From Deltaproteobacteria bacterium (GTDB taxonomy: Bacteria > Myxococcota_A > UBA9160 > PR03), in NCBI GenBank assembly GCA_035063765.1, contig JAPSFT010000010.1:80401-144400 (forward strand): DNA of 64,000 nt. The letters run 5' to 3'. The notes below the pieces were generated by a model. It saw only the letters and a list, made by a program, of their open reading frames with translations, was not told where the DNA came from and made no database searches. Shown here in pieces: positions 17,418 to 28,266 of this stretch. The translations under genes were made by a program, and so were the position numbers. Positions within the stretch are counted from its first letter, which is position 1. The number at the start of each line of letters is the position of its first letter.

Positions 17418-18929
17418 ATGGCAGCGAAGGTCGAGACGGCCCTGGGCAGGGTGGCCGGCGCCGAGGTGGAGGGCGTCCGCGTCTTCCGCGGGATTCCCTT
17501 CGCGCAGCCGCCGGTGGGTGCGCTGCGCTTCCGCGTGCCCGAGCCGGCCGCGCCCTGGGCCGGCACGCGCGACGCGAGCCGCTTCGGCGGCTCCGCGCCC
17601 CAGCCTCCCCTCCTGCTGGCGGCGCTGCCCGGCATGGACGTGGGCGCGCAGGGCGAGGACTGCCTGTACCTGAACGTGTATGCGCCGGCGGGCGCGCGCC
17701 CCGGCGACCGCAAGCCCGTCCTGGTCTGGATCCACGGCGGCGGCTTCGTGATCGGCTCGGGCGCGCAGGCGGTCTACGACGGCGCGCCGCTCGCGCGCCG
17801 CGGCGGCGTGGTGGTGGTCACGATCAACTACCGGCTCGGCGTGCTCGGCTTCCTCGATCCCGGCGAGCCGGCCGGGGACGCGACCGCGAATGCGGGTCTC
17901 CTCGACCAGATCGCCGCGCTGCGCTGGGTGCGCGACAACGTCGAGGCCTTCGGCGGCGACCCGGGCAACGTGACGATCTTCGGCGAGTCGGCCGGCGGCA
18001 TGAGCGTCGGCACGCTGCTCGGCACACCGGCCGCACGCGGGCTCTTCCACAAGGCGATCCCCCAGAGCGGCGCCTGTCACAACGTGCACGACCGCGAGTC
18101 GGCGGGGGCGGTGACGGCCGCGCTGCTCGCGGCCCTGGGACTCACCGGCCCGGCCCTCCCCGCGCTGCGGGCGCTGCCGGTCGAGAAGCTCCTGGCGGCG
18201 CAGCAGCAGGTGAGCCTCCAGGCGATGGCGGCGGGCGGCCGCCACCTGCTGCCGCTCCAGCCGGTCGTCGACGGCGACACCCTCCCGCGTCATCCGTTCG
18301 AGGCCGTGCGTGCGGGCCATGCCACGGGCGTACCGGTGCTGGTCGGCACCACGCGCGACGAGTGGAGGCTCTTCGGCTTCCTGGACCCCGAGCTCCGCCA
18401 GCTCGACGACGCGAAGATCGCCGCGCGCCTCGAGCAGCGGCTGCCCCACGCGGACGGCCGCCGGCTCGTCGAGGGCTATCGCGCGAGCCGCCCCGGGGCC
18501 GACGGGGCCGCGCTGTGGCTCGCGATCGAGACGGACCGTGTGTTCCGCATCCCCGCGATCCGGCTCGCGGAGGCGCAGGCGGCGCACGCGCCGAGCGTGC
18601 ACGCCTACTGCTTCACCTGGGAGTCGCCGGGCTTCGGCGGCCTGCTCGGCGCCTGCCACGCGATCGAGCTGCCCTTCGTGTTCGGCGCGCTCTCCCTGCC
18701 GGGCGGCGAGCAGTTCGTGGGCACGGGCCCGGAGGCCGAGCGCCTCGCCGAGCGCACGATGGACGCCTGGCTCGCGTTCGCCCGCAGCGGGGATCCCGGT
18801 CACGCGGGCCTTCCCGCCTGGCCCGTCTACGACGCGCAGCGCCGCGCCACCCAGGAGCTCGGCCGCGAGTGCCCGGTGCACGACGATCCCCAGGCCGCCG
18901 AGCGGGCCCTCTGGGACGGAGTCCTCTAG
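17418..18929 (+). CDS. Carboxylesterase/lipase, type B (para-nitrobenzyl esterase-like), paralog 1
   Basis: 503 aa. Motifs FRGIPFAQPP, EDCLYLNVY, WIHGGGF, and nucleophile elbow GESAGG. Confidence 0.9.
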   Translation: MAAKVETALGRVAGAEVEGVRVFRGIPFAQPPVGALRFRVPEPAAPWAGTRDASRFGGSAPQPPLLLAALPGMDVGAQGEDCLYLNVYAPAGARPGDRKPVLVWIHGGGFVIGSGAQAVYDGAPLARRGGVVVVTINYRLGVLGFLDPGEPAGDATANAGLLDQIAALRWVRDNVEAFGGDPGNVTIFGESAGGMSVGTLLGTPAARGLFHKAIPQSGACHNVHDRESAGAVTAALLAALGLTGPALPALRALPVEKLLAAQQQVSLQAMAAGGRHLLPLQPVVDGDTLPRHPFEAVRAGHATGVPVLVGTTRDEWRLFGFLDPELRQLDDAKIAARLEQRLPHADGRRLVEGYRASRPGADGAALWLAIETDRVFRIPAIRLAEAQAAHAPSVHAYCFTWESPGFGGLLGACHAIELPFVFGALSLPGGEQFVGTGPEAERLAERTMDAWLAFARSGDPGHAGLPAWPVYDAQRRATQELGRECPVHDDPQAAERALWDGVL

Positions 18930-19002
18930 GACGTCCCCGAGCGCCCGCCGCACCGGACCCGCCGGCGCCCTCTACGCCCTGCTCGCGTACACGAGCTGGG
19001 GC

Positions 19003-19887
19003 GTGATGCCGGTCTACTGGAAAGGGCTCGCGGCGATCGCGCCGCTCGAGATCCTGCTGCACCGCATCGCCGGCACGGCGCTGTTCGCGGCGTTGCTGCT
19101 GACGCTCGCACGGCGCTGGGGCGAGGTCCGCGCGATCCTGCGCCACCGGCGGAGGCTGCTCGCGCTGCTCGGCTCGGCGCTGCTGATCGCGGCCAACTGG
19201 GGGATCTTCATCTGGGCCGTCCAGCGGGGCCAGATCGTCGCGACGAGCCTCGGCTACTACCTGAACCCGCTCGCGAACGTGGCGCTCGGCCTGCTCCTCC
19301 TGCGCGAGCGGCTGACGCGGCTCCAGCTCGCCGCGGTCGGGATCGCCGCAGCCGGGGTCGCCTACTTCACGGCCGCGGCGGGCGGCCTGCCGTGGATCTC
19401 GCTGGCGCTGGCGACGTCGTTCGCGCTCTACGGGCTGATCCGCAAGACGGTCGCCGCCGGCTCCCTCGCGGGCCTCGCCGTCGAGACGGCGCTGCTCGCA
19501 CCCGCGGCGCTCGCCGGCATCGCGCTCCTCGAGGCGCGCGGCGCCGGCGCGCTCGGCTCGGGCGCGCTCGGCGCGCTGGAGACCACGGGGCTCCTCGCGG
19601 CGGGGATCGTGACGGCGCTGCCACTGCTCTGGTTCGCGTCGGCCGCCCGGCGGCTCCGGCTCGCCACCCTCGGGCTCTTCCAGTACATCGCGCCGAGCCT
19701 CTCGCTCGCGTGCGCCGTCGGGCTCTATGGCGAGCCCTTCACGCGGGCCCACGCCGTGGCCTTCGGCTGCATCTGGCTCGCGCTCGCGCTCTACTCCTTC
19801 GAGTCGTTGCGGCTGTATCGCTCCCTCGGACCGGCCGTCGCGGTCCCCGCGACGGCCCTGCCGGAGCCGCCCTCCTCCGGCTCGTAG
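19003..19887 (+). CDS. rarD: EamA/RarD family transporter (start uncertain)
   Basis: Aligns along its length with E. coli RarD from memory (WGVMPVYWK, NWGIFIWAV, SLGYYLNPL, FALYGLIRK, LGLFQYIAPS). Homology clearly extends upstream to about 18961 (PAGALYALLAYTS), but no ATG/GTG/TTG occurs in frame there. The first canonical starts are GTG 19003 and ATG 19006. Confidence 0.8.
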   Translation: MMPVYWKGLAAIAPLEILLHRIAGTALFAALLLTLARRWGEVRAILRHRRRLLALLGSALLIAANWGIFIWAVQRGQIVATSLGYYLNPLANVALGLLLLRERLTRLQLAAVGIAAAGVAYFTAAAGGLPWISLALATSFALYGLIRKTVAAGSLAGLAVETALLAPAALAGIALLEARGAGALGSGALGALETTGLLAAGIVTALPLLWFASAARRLRLATLGLFQYIAPSLSLACAVGLYGEPFTRAHAVAFGCIWLALALYSFESLRLYRSLGPAVAVPATALPEPPSSGS

Positions 19888-19977
19888 CGGTGGCGTTGCG
19901 TCCCGATTCCGGGACACGGAGGACGCACTCCCGGATCCCTCAACCCCGGTCGATCCCACGCCGATCCACCCTCCGCC

Positions 19978-20592
19978 ATGACGGAACCCCGCTTCGCGAT
20001 CGCCTCCCACGCAGCGGACTCGGACTACGCGCCGACCTCGCGGGTCCTGCTCTGGAAGCTCGGCTACGCGCTGCTGCCGCCCGAGGAGGCCGGCTCGCCG
20101 GCCCTGCGCGTCGTGCGTGACGACCGCCTGGACGAGGTCCCGGCGCCGACCGCGGAGCCGATCATCCTCCTGACGCGCGCGCGCAAGGCGAAGCCGGCCG
20201 ACCCGCGCGTCGTCGGCAGCGTGCGGCGGCCCGCGGGCCTGCACGAGCTCTACCGGCTCTTCCAGGCCGCTACCGAAGCGCACCCGCGCGCCGTGCCGCG
20301 CGTTCCCTGCTCGCTCGCGGCGCGGGCGACCGTGCCCGACGACGGCCAGCGCTTCGAGCTGCGCATCACGTCGCTCTCCGAGAACGGCTGCCTGGTCAGC
20401 GGCGAGCGCCTGCCGGCCCTCGACGCGCGGCTCGCGCTCGAGATCGAGATGCCCTGGGGCGAGCGCCTGGGCGGCCCTGCGGTCGCGGCCTACGAGCAGG
20501 GGGACCAGCTCGGCCTGGTCTTCCACGACATCCGGCTGGCCGAGCGCAAGAAGCTCGTGAAGGCGGTGCGGCAGCTCCTCGAGCGGCTCTGA
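19978..20592 (+). CDS. PilZ domain protein with an uncharacterised ~100-aa N-terminal domain
   Basis: 204 aa. The C-terminal half carries HPRAVPRVP (RxxxR) and ITSLSENGCLV (xSxxG), followed by the PilZ beta-barrel pattern. Confidence 0.75.
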   Translation: MTEPRFAIASHAADSDYAPTSRVLLWKLGYALLPPEEAGSPALRVVRDDRLDEVPAPTAEPIILLTRARKAKPADPRVVGSVRRPAGLHELYRLFQAATEAHPRAVPRVPCSLAARATVPDDGQRFELRITSLSENGCLVSGERLPALDARLALEIEMPWGERLGGPAVAAYEQGDQLGLVFHDIRLAERKKLVKAVRQLLERL

Positions 20593-20619
20593 CCACGCCG
20601 GCCGCCGCCCGCGGCGGAC

Positions 20620-21561
20620 TCACCCGGAGCGCGCGAGCGCGAGGAAGAGCGGCTCCAGGTCGCCGGGGAGCGGCGCGCGCAGGACCAGCTCCTCCCCGCG
20701 GTCGCCGAAGGTGAGCTCCGCGGCATGGAGCTGGACGCGCGGCGCCGGGACGCCGCTGTAGCGGGTGTCGCCGACGATCGGGCAGCCCTGCGCCTCGCAG
20801 TGGACCCGGATCTGGTGGGTCCGTCCCGTGTGGGGCTCGGCCTCGAGGAGCGCGTGGTCGCCGGCACGCGCGAGCACCCGGAAGCGGGTCTCGCTCGCGC
20901 GATGGCCCGGCGCCGCGCGGGCGCGCAGCGCGAAGCGGTAGCGCGTCGGGTGCAGGGTGCGCGCGATCCAGCCCGACACCGTGAAGGCATCGGCTGCGGG
21001 TGGCGGCGACACCAGGGCCAGGTAGCGCTTGCGGGCGCGTCGCGTGGAGAAGGCCGCGCCGAGCCGCGCTGCGGCCCGCGCGTCACGCGCGAACACGACG
21101 ACGCCGCTCGTCTCGCGGTCGAGCCGGTGCACCGCCGACCAGCCGGGCTCGGCGCGCGCCGCCCGCAGCGCCGGCTCGAGCGCGGCGAGCCGGCTCGCGC
21201 GCGTGGCCTGCACCGCGACGTGCGCCGGCTTGTCGAGCGCGAGCCAGTCGTCGCGCTCGGCGAGCAGGTGCTCGGGTCCGAGCACGAGCGGCTCGGGCTC
21301 GCGGGCGAGCGCGTGCAGGTCGACCTGGGTGCCGGCCGCGAGCCGGGCCGGCAGGGTGTCCGCGCCGTGCGGGCGCCCGTCGAGGTGCGCTCCCCCGTGC
21401 CGGAGCAGGCGCTCGACGACGGTGTGGTCCCAGCCCGTCCGCGCCGGGAGGGAGGCCGTGAAGGCCTCCCCGGAGCAAGGTGCCTCGAGCGTCCAGCGCG
21501 CGCGCAGCACCGGGGGGTCGAAGCGCTCGCGGGCGGAGGCCGGCGGGGGCGGAAGGGCCAT
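20620..21561 (-). CDS. RluA family pseudouridine synthase
   Basis: 313 aa from ATG 21559-21561. Motifs HRLDRETSGVVVFAR (catalytic Asp), KRYLALV and GRTHQIRVH. Confidence 0.9.
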   Translation of the reverse strand: MALPPPPASARERFDPPVLRARWTLEAPCSGEAFTASLPARTGWDHTVVERLLRHGGAHLDGRPHGADTLPARLAAGTQVDLHALAREPEPLVLGPEHLLAERDDWLALDKPAHVAVQATRASRLAALEPALRAARAEPGWSAVHRLDRETSGVVVFARDARAAARLGAAFSTRRARKRYLALVSPPPAADAFTVSGWIARTLHPTRYRFALRARAAPGHRASETRFRVLARAGDHALLEAEPHTGRTHQIRVHCEAQGCPIVGDTRYSGVPAPRVQLHAAELTFGDRGEELVLRAPLPGDLEPLFLALARSG

Positions 21562-21728
21562 CGCGGCCGGGGAGGGTAGCGGCGGCGCGAGCGGCGAGGG
21601 AAACCGGATCGAGGGGGAGGCGGATCGAGGCGAGGAGCATCGAAGAGCGGGGCGGGAGCCCGCGTCCGAGCCGGCCGGAGCGGCTCGGGGCGGCCGGGAG
21701 AGGCCCCGCTCGACCCCGGTTCCGGATG

Positions 21729-21745
21729 CGAAACGCCCCGTTTCG
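21729..21745. promoter_or_regulatory. Inverted repeat CGAAACG-ccc-CGTTTCG, candidate operator
   Basis: Perfect 7-bp arms at 21729-21735 and 21739-21745, followed by an AT-rich GATATA. Lies 40 nt upstream of the DUF1329 gene start. Confidence 0.3.
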
Positions 21746-21784
21746 ATATACGATGCCCGCCCCACGACCCTGGAGGCCCCCGCC

Positions 21785-23101
21785 ATGCGCGCTCCGTTTC
21801 CGCTCGTCCTCGCGCTCCTCGCGCTCGTCACCGCCGCGCCCGCGCGCGCGCAGGACGATGCGCCGGCCGGCCCGCCCCCCTTCCGGGAGGGCGACGTGCT
21901 CGGCTTCGGCGACATCGAGAAGCTGCGGCCGTACCTGCCCAAGGAGGTCTGGGCGAACCGCGACTTCTTCCTCTACGAGGGCATGAAGATGGAGATCGGC
22001 CCCGCGTTCGCCGACTACTCGCCGGCGCCCGCGTACCAGGAGGCCACGGCGAAGTTCGCGGGCCAGCCGAGGCTCGGACCCGACGGCTCGCTCGAGAACT
22101 ACACGGCCGGCCAGCCCTTCCCGATCGACGCGATCGACTGCGCGGCCGATCCCGACGCCGGGTCCAAGATCATGTGGGACTTCTCCTATCGCTGGGCGCC
22201 GATCAGCGGCTTCTCGAGCTTCTTCTACTCGTACTGGGACCGCGGCGAGGAGCTGCCGCTCTACTATGAGGGCACCGGTGGCGGCGTCATGCTCTCGCAC
22301 CGCCCCGAGCCGATGTACCTCGAGCAGGGCAGCGACCTGTTCCGCGGCGAGAGCCGCAAGGGCGCCGCTGGCGCCGAGGTGACCGCGCCCTTCGACGCGC
22401 GCGGCATCATGCTGCTCACCTACCGCTACAAGGACTCGGACCTGCCCCCGAGCAAGGCGCGCAACGACGACACCTGGGTCTACGTGCCGACGCTGCGCCG
22501 CGTGCGCCGCATCTCGACCGCCCAGCGCACCGACGCGATCTCGGGCACCGACTTCACCTTCGACGACCTGTTCAGCTTCAACGGCATCGTCCCGCAGTAC
22601 GAGTGGAAGTGCCTCGGCAAGCAGGACGTGATCGCGCCCGTCAACACCAAGGTGAAGGGCTACCCGTACGTGAAGGGCCAGAACTTCGGGCCCTACGGGC
22701 TCTCCTTCGCGAGCGACCGCTGGGAGCTGCGCCACGCCGTGATCGTGCGCATGAAGCCGAAGAACGCCGACCATCCCTACTCGCACAAGGACATCTACAT
22801 CGACACCCAAAACATGACGCCGCTCTACTCGATGGCCTACGACCAGAAGAACGAGCTGTGGAAGATCATCTACCACAACAAGCGCTGGAGCGGCGACGAA
22901 TCCCTCACCGGCAAGTGGTACGAGCCGTGGGAGGAGGTGCCGGAGCCGCGCATCAGTGCCGTGGTGAGCGACACCATCATCAACGTGCAGACCGGCACCG
23001 GCAATCGCATCGAGTTCTGGGACGCGGGCGGCAAGCCGATCGGCAACAAGGCGCGGATCCGGCGCTACATCGACGTGGGGCGCCTCACGCGCGGGCGCTG
23101 A
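21785..23101 (+). CDS. DUF1329 / LolA-like outer-membrane lipoprotein-sorting family secreted protein
   Basis: 438 aa. Signal peptide [22 protein letters not shown]. Family-typical [34 protein letters not shown]. Confidence 0.7.
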   Translation: MRAPFPLVLALLALVTAAPARAQDDAPAGPPPFREGDVLGFGDIEKLRPYLPKEVWANRDFFLYEGMKMEIGPAFADYSPAPAYQEATAKFAGQPRLGPDGSLENYTAGQPFPIDAIDCAADPDAGSKIMWDFSYRWAPISGFSSFFYSYWDRGEELPLYYEGTGGGVMLSHRPEPMYLEQGSDLFRGESRKGAAGAEVTAPFDARGIMLLTYRYKDSDLPPSKARNDDTWVYVPTLRRVRRISTAQRTDAISGTDFTFDDLFSFNGIVPQYEWKCLGKQDVIAPVNTKVKGYPYVKGQNFGPYGLSFASDRWELRHAVIVRMKPKNADHPYSHKDIYIDTQNMTPLYSMAYDQKNELWKIIYHNKRWSGDESLTGKWYEPWEEVPEPRISAVVSDTIINVQTGTGNRIEFWDAGGKPIGNKARIRRYIDVGRLTRGR

Positions 23102-23153
23102 GGCCCATGCACGTCCCTCCGGTGACGCTACGTTGGTCGCAGGAGGACCGCGC

Positions 23154-24269
<1,116 letters not shown>

Positions 24270-24270
24270 C

Positions 24271-24732
24271 ATGAAACCCCTTCCTCATCACTACTCTGTG
24301 TCGGGACGGCTGGAAGGCCACCCGGAAGGCCCCTCGGAGGGGGCGGCGACGGTCCGGCTGCACGCGCCGGGCCTGCCGGAGCTCGAGAGTGCGCCGCCTG
24401 CCGAGTTCGGCGGCCCCGGGGACCGCTGGTCGCCCGAGACCCTCCTGCTCGGGGCCGTGGTGGACTGCTTCCTGCTCACCTTCCGCGCCGTGGCGCGCGC
24501 CTCCAAGTTCGAGTGGACGCGCCTGCGGGCCGACGCCGAGGGCGTCCTCGATCGCGCCGAGGGCGTCACGCGCTTCACTGCGATCGAGCTGCGCGCGGAG
24601 CTCGAAGCGCCGGCCGGCGCCGACGCGGCGACCGGCGAGCGGCTGCTCGCGAAGGCGGAGAAGGGCTGCCTGATCTCGAACTCGCTGCGCTGCCCGGTCC
24701 ACCTCGAGGCCAGCGTTCGCGCGGGCCCCTGA
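24271..24732 (+). CDS. OsmC/Ohr family peroxiredoxin-like protein
   Basis: 153 aa. OsmC pattern PETLLLGAVVDCFLLTF ... AEKGCLISNSL, with the two conserved Cys. Starts 1 nt after the frmA stop. Confidence 0.8.
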   Translation: MKPLPHHYSVSGRLEGHPEGPSEGAATVRLHAPGLPELESAPPAEFGGPGDRWSPETLLLGAVVDCFLLTFRAVARASKFEWTRLRADAEGVLDRAEGVTRFTAIELRAELEAPAGADAATGERLLAKAEKGCLISNSLRCPVHLEASVRAGP

Positions 24733-24786
24733 GCCCCGGGCACGGGTGACCGGATCCGTCGCAGCGGCGGCCCAGGATCGGCCGCC

Positions 24787-27700
24787 ATGGCCTCCACGAC
24801 CGGTCGCCCCGGGCAGCTCGCGCTGCCGCTCGACACCCGCGAGCGGGGCTGCGTCCTGCTCGCCGCCGGGCCGCGCGTCGCCGAGGAGCGGGTGCTCGAC
24901 GAGGTGCTCACGGCGGCGCGCGCCCGTACGGAGCGGCTGCGCGGCGGGGAGCTGACGTCCGTGCGCGCCCCGCTACGGGTCGTGGTTCCCTCGCGCAGTC
25001 TTCGCCAGCACCTCGCCGCACGGCTCGTCGAGCGGGCGGGGTCGCTGCTCGGGGTCGCGGTGCAGACCCACGTGGCGGTCGCGCTCGAGACGCTGGCGCG
25101 GGCCGGCGCCGGGGCGCCGCGCGGCGACTCGCTCGTACCGGTCCTGGTCCGCCGCCATGCGGCCCGGGAGCCCGTCCTGTGCGACTGGCTCGGCACGTTC
25201 GAGGAGGGCTTCGCGGCCGTCGAGGGCGCGGTCCGCGATCTGCTCGACGCAGGCTTCGACGCCGGGCTCGCGGAGCCGCTCGACGACGCGCTCGCGGAGC
25301 TCGTCGCTGCCGGCGAGCTCGGCGCGGCGACGGCCGGGCGGGCGCGCGCCGTGGCCGCCGTCGCCGGGCAGACGCTCGCCGCCCTCGACGAGCTCGGGCT
25401 CGGCCACCGCTCCGCCCTGCTCGCGCGGGCGACCGACGTGCTGCGCGCGCCCGGCACCGGGCCCGCCGCCGTGCTGCCGACCGCCGGCCTCTGGATCCAC
25501 GGCTTCGCCGACGCCACCGGCCTCGTGGGCGACTGGCTCGAGGCGCTCGCGCGCGCCTTCGCGGGGCGCGTGGTGGTGGACCTCCCGCCGGACCCTGCCG
25601 AGCCCGCGCGCCGGGAGGAGGCCTACACCACGTCGTTACGAGAGCGCATGGCGGGGGCAGCGGGGCGGGTCGAGGCGCTCGCGGCGCGGGCGGCGCCGGC
25701 CGCGCTCGAGCTCCTGCAGGCACCCGGTGCCGAGGCCGAGGCGCGCGCCGTGGCGCTGCGCGTGCGCGAGCGCCTCGACGCCGGGGTGCAACCGGAGGCG
25801 ATCGGCATCGTCGCGCGCCGGCTCGAGCCCCATCGCGCGGCGCTCGCGGCGCAGCTCGGGCGGCTCGGCGTGCCGTTCTCGGTGATCGGGGCCGGCGCCG
25901 GGCCCGATGCGTCGACGCGCCGGGCGGCGGCACTCGTCGCGCTGCTGCGCGAGCAGGCGGCGGCGCCGGTCGACACCTGGTTCGCCGCCGACGCCCACCG
26001 CGAGGCGGAGGACGCCGACCTCCGCATGGCCTTCCACGTGCTGGGCGTGGGCCGGCTCACGGCCCTCGCAGGGCTCGATCCGGCCGCACGGCTCGCGCCC
26101 CGCGAGTCCCTCTCGCTGCCGCTCCGGCGCGGTGGCTCGGTCGGGACGAGCGGCGGTGAGCGCGGCGCGGAGGCCGGCGAGGCGGCACCCTGCGCGGAGG
26201 ACATGGAGGCAGCGCCGGCCGCGGCCCCGGCCGACCCGACGCGCAACCGCCGCCGGAACGTGTCGCTCGACCGGCTCGTGCGAGCCCGTGAGCGCGCCCT
26301 CGTGGCCGTTGCAACGCTCGCGAGCTGGCCGGCGCAAGCCGAGCTGCCGGCCCATCTCGAGCGGCTCGACGCGCTCGTTGCCGGCGCTCTCGGCTGGCGC
26401 GCCGACCGCGCCGGCTGCGAGCCGCTGCTCGGTGCGCTCGACGAGCTCGGACGCGAGCTGCCGCCGGGGCTCCTGCTGGCGCGCGAGGAGCTGGCGCAGC
26501 TCGTGGCGTCGGCGCTCGAGGAGGCCGGCGAGGCCTCGCTCGGAGGCGCCGGGGCGGGCGTGCAGGTGCTGACGGTCACGGCGGCACGCGGTCGCACGTT
26601 CGAGCACCTGTTCCTGCTCGGGCTGAACCGCGACGCCTTCCCGCGCGGGATCGGGGACGATCCGTTGCTGCCCGACGCGCTGCGCGCGCGCCTGCGCGTG
26701 ATCCTGCCGGAGATGCCCGTGAAGGCGCGCGCGCGCGACGAGGACCGGCACCTCTTCGCGTCGCTGTGCGACGCGGCGCCGCAGGTCACGCTCGCCTGGC
26801 AGCACGCGGACGACGACGGGCGCAGGCGCATCGAGTCGCCCTTCGTCGTGCGCCTGCGCGTCGCGCGCCGCGAGCTCGCGCCCGCGACGGAGGAGCCGGC
26901 GCTCTTCGACGCCGAGGCGGAGCCGCGCGGGCCGCGGCCCGCGGGCGAGCACCTCGTGCTCGCCGGCCTCCGGCATCGCCGCGCTCCGCGGGCCGGCGTG
27001 CGGGCGCTCGCCCTGGCGGAGGTCCAGGCCGTACTGCGCGCCGACCCCGTGATCGGCGAGGCCGCGGCGCTCGTGCCCGACCCGGGCGTGCTCGCCCGTC
27101 ACCAGCTCGCCGCGCTCCGCGAGCTCGACCAGGGCGCGCCGCCGCCCGGCGCGCCGCCGGCTCCGCCCGGGCCCTGGTTCGGCTGGGTCGGCCGTGCGGC
27201 GGCGGCGCCCGCGGACCCCGGCCCCGAGCTCTACGTGACCCGGCTCGAGGAGCTGGCGCGCTGCCCCTGGCAGGCGTTCCTGCGCCGCGAGCTCGGTCTG
27301 GAGCCGGTGCCCGATGCACTCGAAGCCCTGCCGGCGCCGACCACGCTCCTGCTCGGTGGGGTCGTGCACGCCGTGCTCGAGCGGATCGTGGCGGAGGCGC
27401 TGCCCGCGCCGCGGGCGAGCCTCGCCGACGCGCTCGCGCGCGGGCCGGTGCGCGCGCCGTGGCCGGACGCCGCCCGCCTCGAGGCGTGGCTCGAGGAGGC
27501 GGCGACACGCGTGGCGCGGGGCGAGGGGATCGAGATCCCCGGCTTCGCAAAGGCGCTCGCGCGGCGTGCGCGCAGCTTGCTGGACGCCGCACGCGCGACG
27601 GACTGGGCCGATCCCGCCGGCCCGCCGGTGCTCGGCGCGGAGCTGCGCGGCGAGCTCGAGGTCGAGGCGGGCGGCCGGATCCGCCGGATCGGCTTCGTCG

Positions 27701-28266
27701 CCGACCGTGCCGACCTGGCCGGCGACCGGCTCCGTGTCACCGACTACAAGGCGACGAAGCCCCTCTCGACCGCGGCCGGGGCGGACGCGCGCTGGCGCGC
27801 GCTGGTGCGTGCCGTCGGCGAGGGGCGGCTGCTCCAGGGCGCGGCGTACCGCCTCGCCGCGGCCGCCCTCGCGCCGGGGGGCGCGGCAGAGGGCCGCTAT
27901 CTCTACCTGGGCGGCGATGCCCCGCAGCCCGCGCGGGTCGTCTCGGTGGCGGATGACGCGCCCGGCGACGCGGTCGCCGGCGTCTTCGCGACGACCGTGC
28001 GGCGCGTGCTCGCCGCCGTCGACCACGGCGCGCTCGCGCCGCGCCTCGATGGCAGTCCGGACGAGCCGCCCTGCTCCTGGTGCGAGGTGTCGGCCGCCTG
28101 CCTGCAGGGCGAGAGCAGCGCGCGGCGCCGGTTCGCGGCGTGGAAGGCGGCTGCCAGCGAGGAGACGGCTTCGCCGCCCGAGCGCGCGCTGCTCGGCCTC
28201 GCGCGGCTCCTCGCGGACGCAAAGGCAGCGAGTGCCGCCGGCAGCGGAAGCGGGAGCGGCGCGTGA
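24787..28266 (+). CDS. addB: Double-strand break repair nuclease AddB (PD-(D/E)XK, iron-sulfur staple)
   Basis: 1159 aa. Degenerate helicase-like N-terminus. C-terminal RecB-type nuclease motif RVTDYKATKP. Cysteines ARCPWQAF ... CSWCEVSAAC (CX2CX5C), as in the AddB Fe-S domain. Confidence 0.8.
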   Translation: MASTTGRPGQLALPLDTRERGCVLLAAGPRVAEERVLDEVLTAARARTERLRGGELTSVRAPLRVVVPSRSLRQHLAARLVERAGSLLGVAVQTHVAVALETLARAGAGAPRGDSLVPVLVRRHAAREPVLCDWLGTFEEGFAAVEGAVRDLLDAGFDAGLAEPLDDALAELVAAGELGAATAGRARAVAAVAGQTLAALDELGLGHRSALLARATDVLRAPGTGPAAVLPTAGLWIHGFADATGLVGDWLEALARAFAGRVVVDLPPDPAEPARREEAYTTSLRERMAGAAGRVEALAARAAPAALELLQAPGAEAEARAVALRVRERLDAGVQPEAIGIVARRLEPHRAALAAQLGRLGVPFSVIGAGAGPDASTRRAAALVALLREQAAAPVDTWFAADAHREAEDADLRMAFHVLGVGRLTALAGLDPAARLAPRESLSLPLRRGGSVGTSGGERGAEAGEAAPCAEDMEAAPAAAPADPTRNRRRNVSLDRLVRARERALVAVATLASWPAQAELPAHLERLDALVAGALGWRADRAGCEPLLGALDELGRELPPGLLLAREELAQLVASALEEAGEASLGGAGAGVQVLTVTAARGRTFEHLFLLGLNRDAFPRGIGDDPLLPDALRARLRVILPEMPVKARARDEDRHLFASLCDAAPQVTLAWQHADDDGRRRIESPFVVRLRVARRELAPATEEPALFDAEAEPRGPRPAGEHLVLAGLRHRRAPRAGVRALALAEVQAVLRADPVIGEAAALVPDPGVLARHQLAALRELDQGAPPPGAPPAPPGPWFGWVGRAAAAPADPGPELYVTRLEELARCPWQAFLRRELGLEPVPDALEALPAPTTLLLGGVVHAVLERIVAEALPAPRASLADALARGPVRAPWPDAARLEAWLEEAATRVARGEGIEIPGFAKALARRARSLLDAARATDWADPAGPPVLGAELRGELEVEAGGRIRRIGFVADRADLAGDRLRVTDYKATKPLSTAAGADARWRALVRAVGEGRLLQGAAYRLAAAALAPGGAAEGRYLYLGGDAPQPARVVSVADDAPGDAVAGVFATTVRRVLAAVDHGALAPRLDGSPDEPPCSWCEVSAACLQGESSARRRFAAWKAAASEETASPPERALLGLARLLADAKAASAAGSGSGSGA

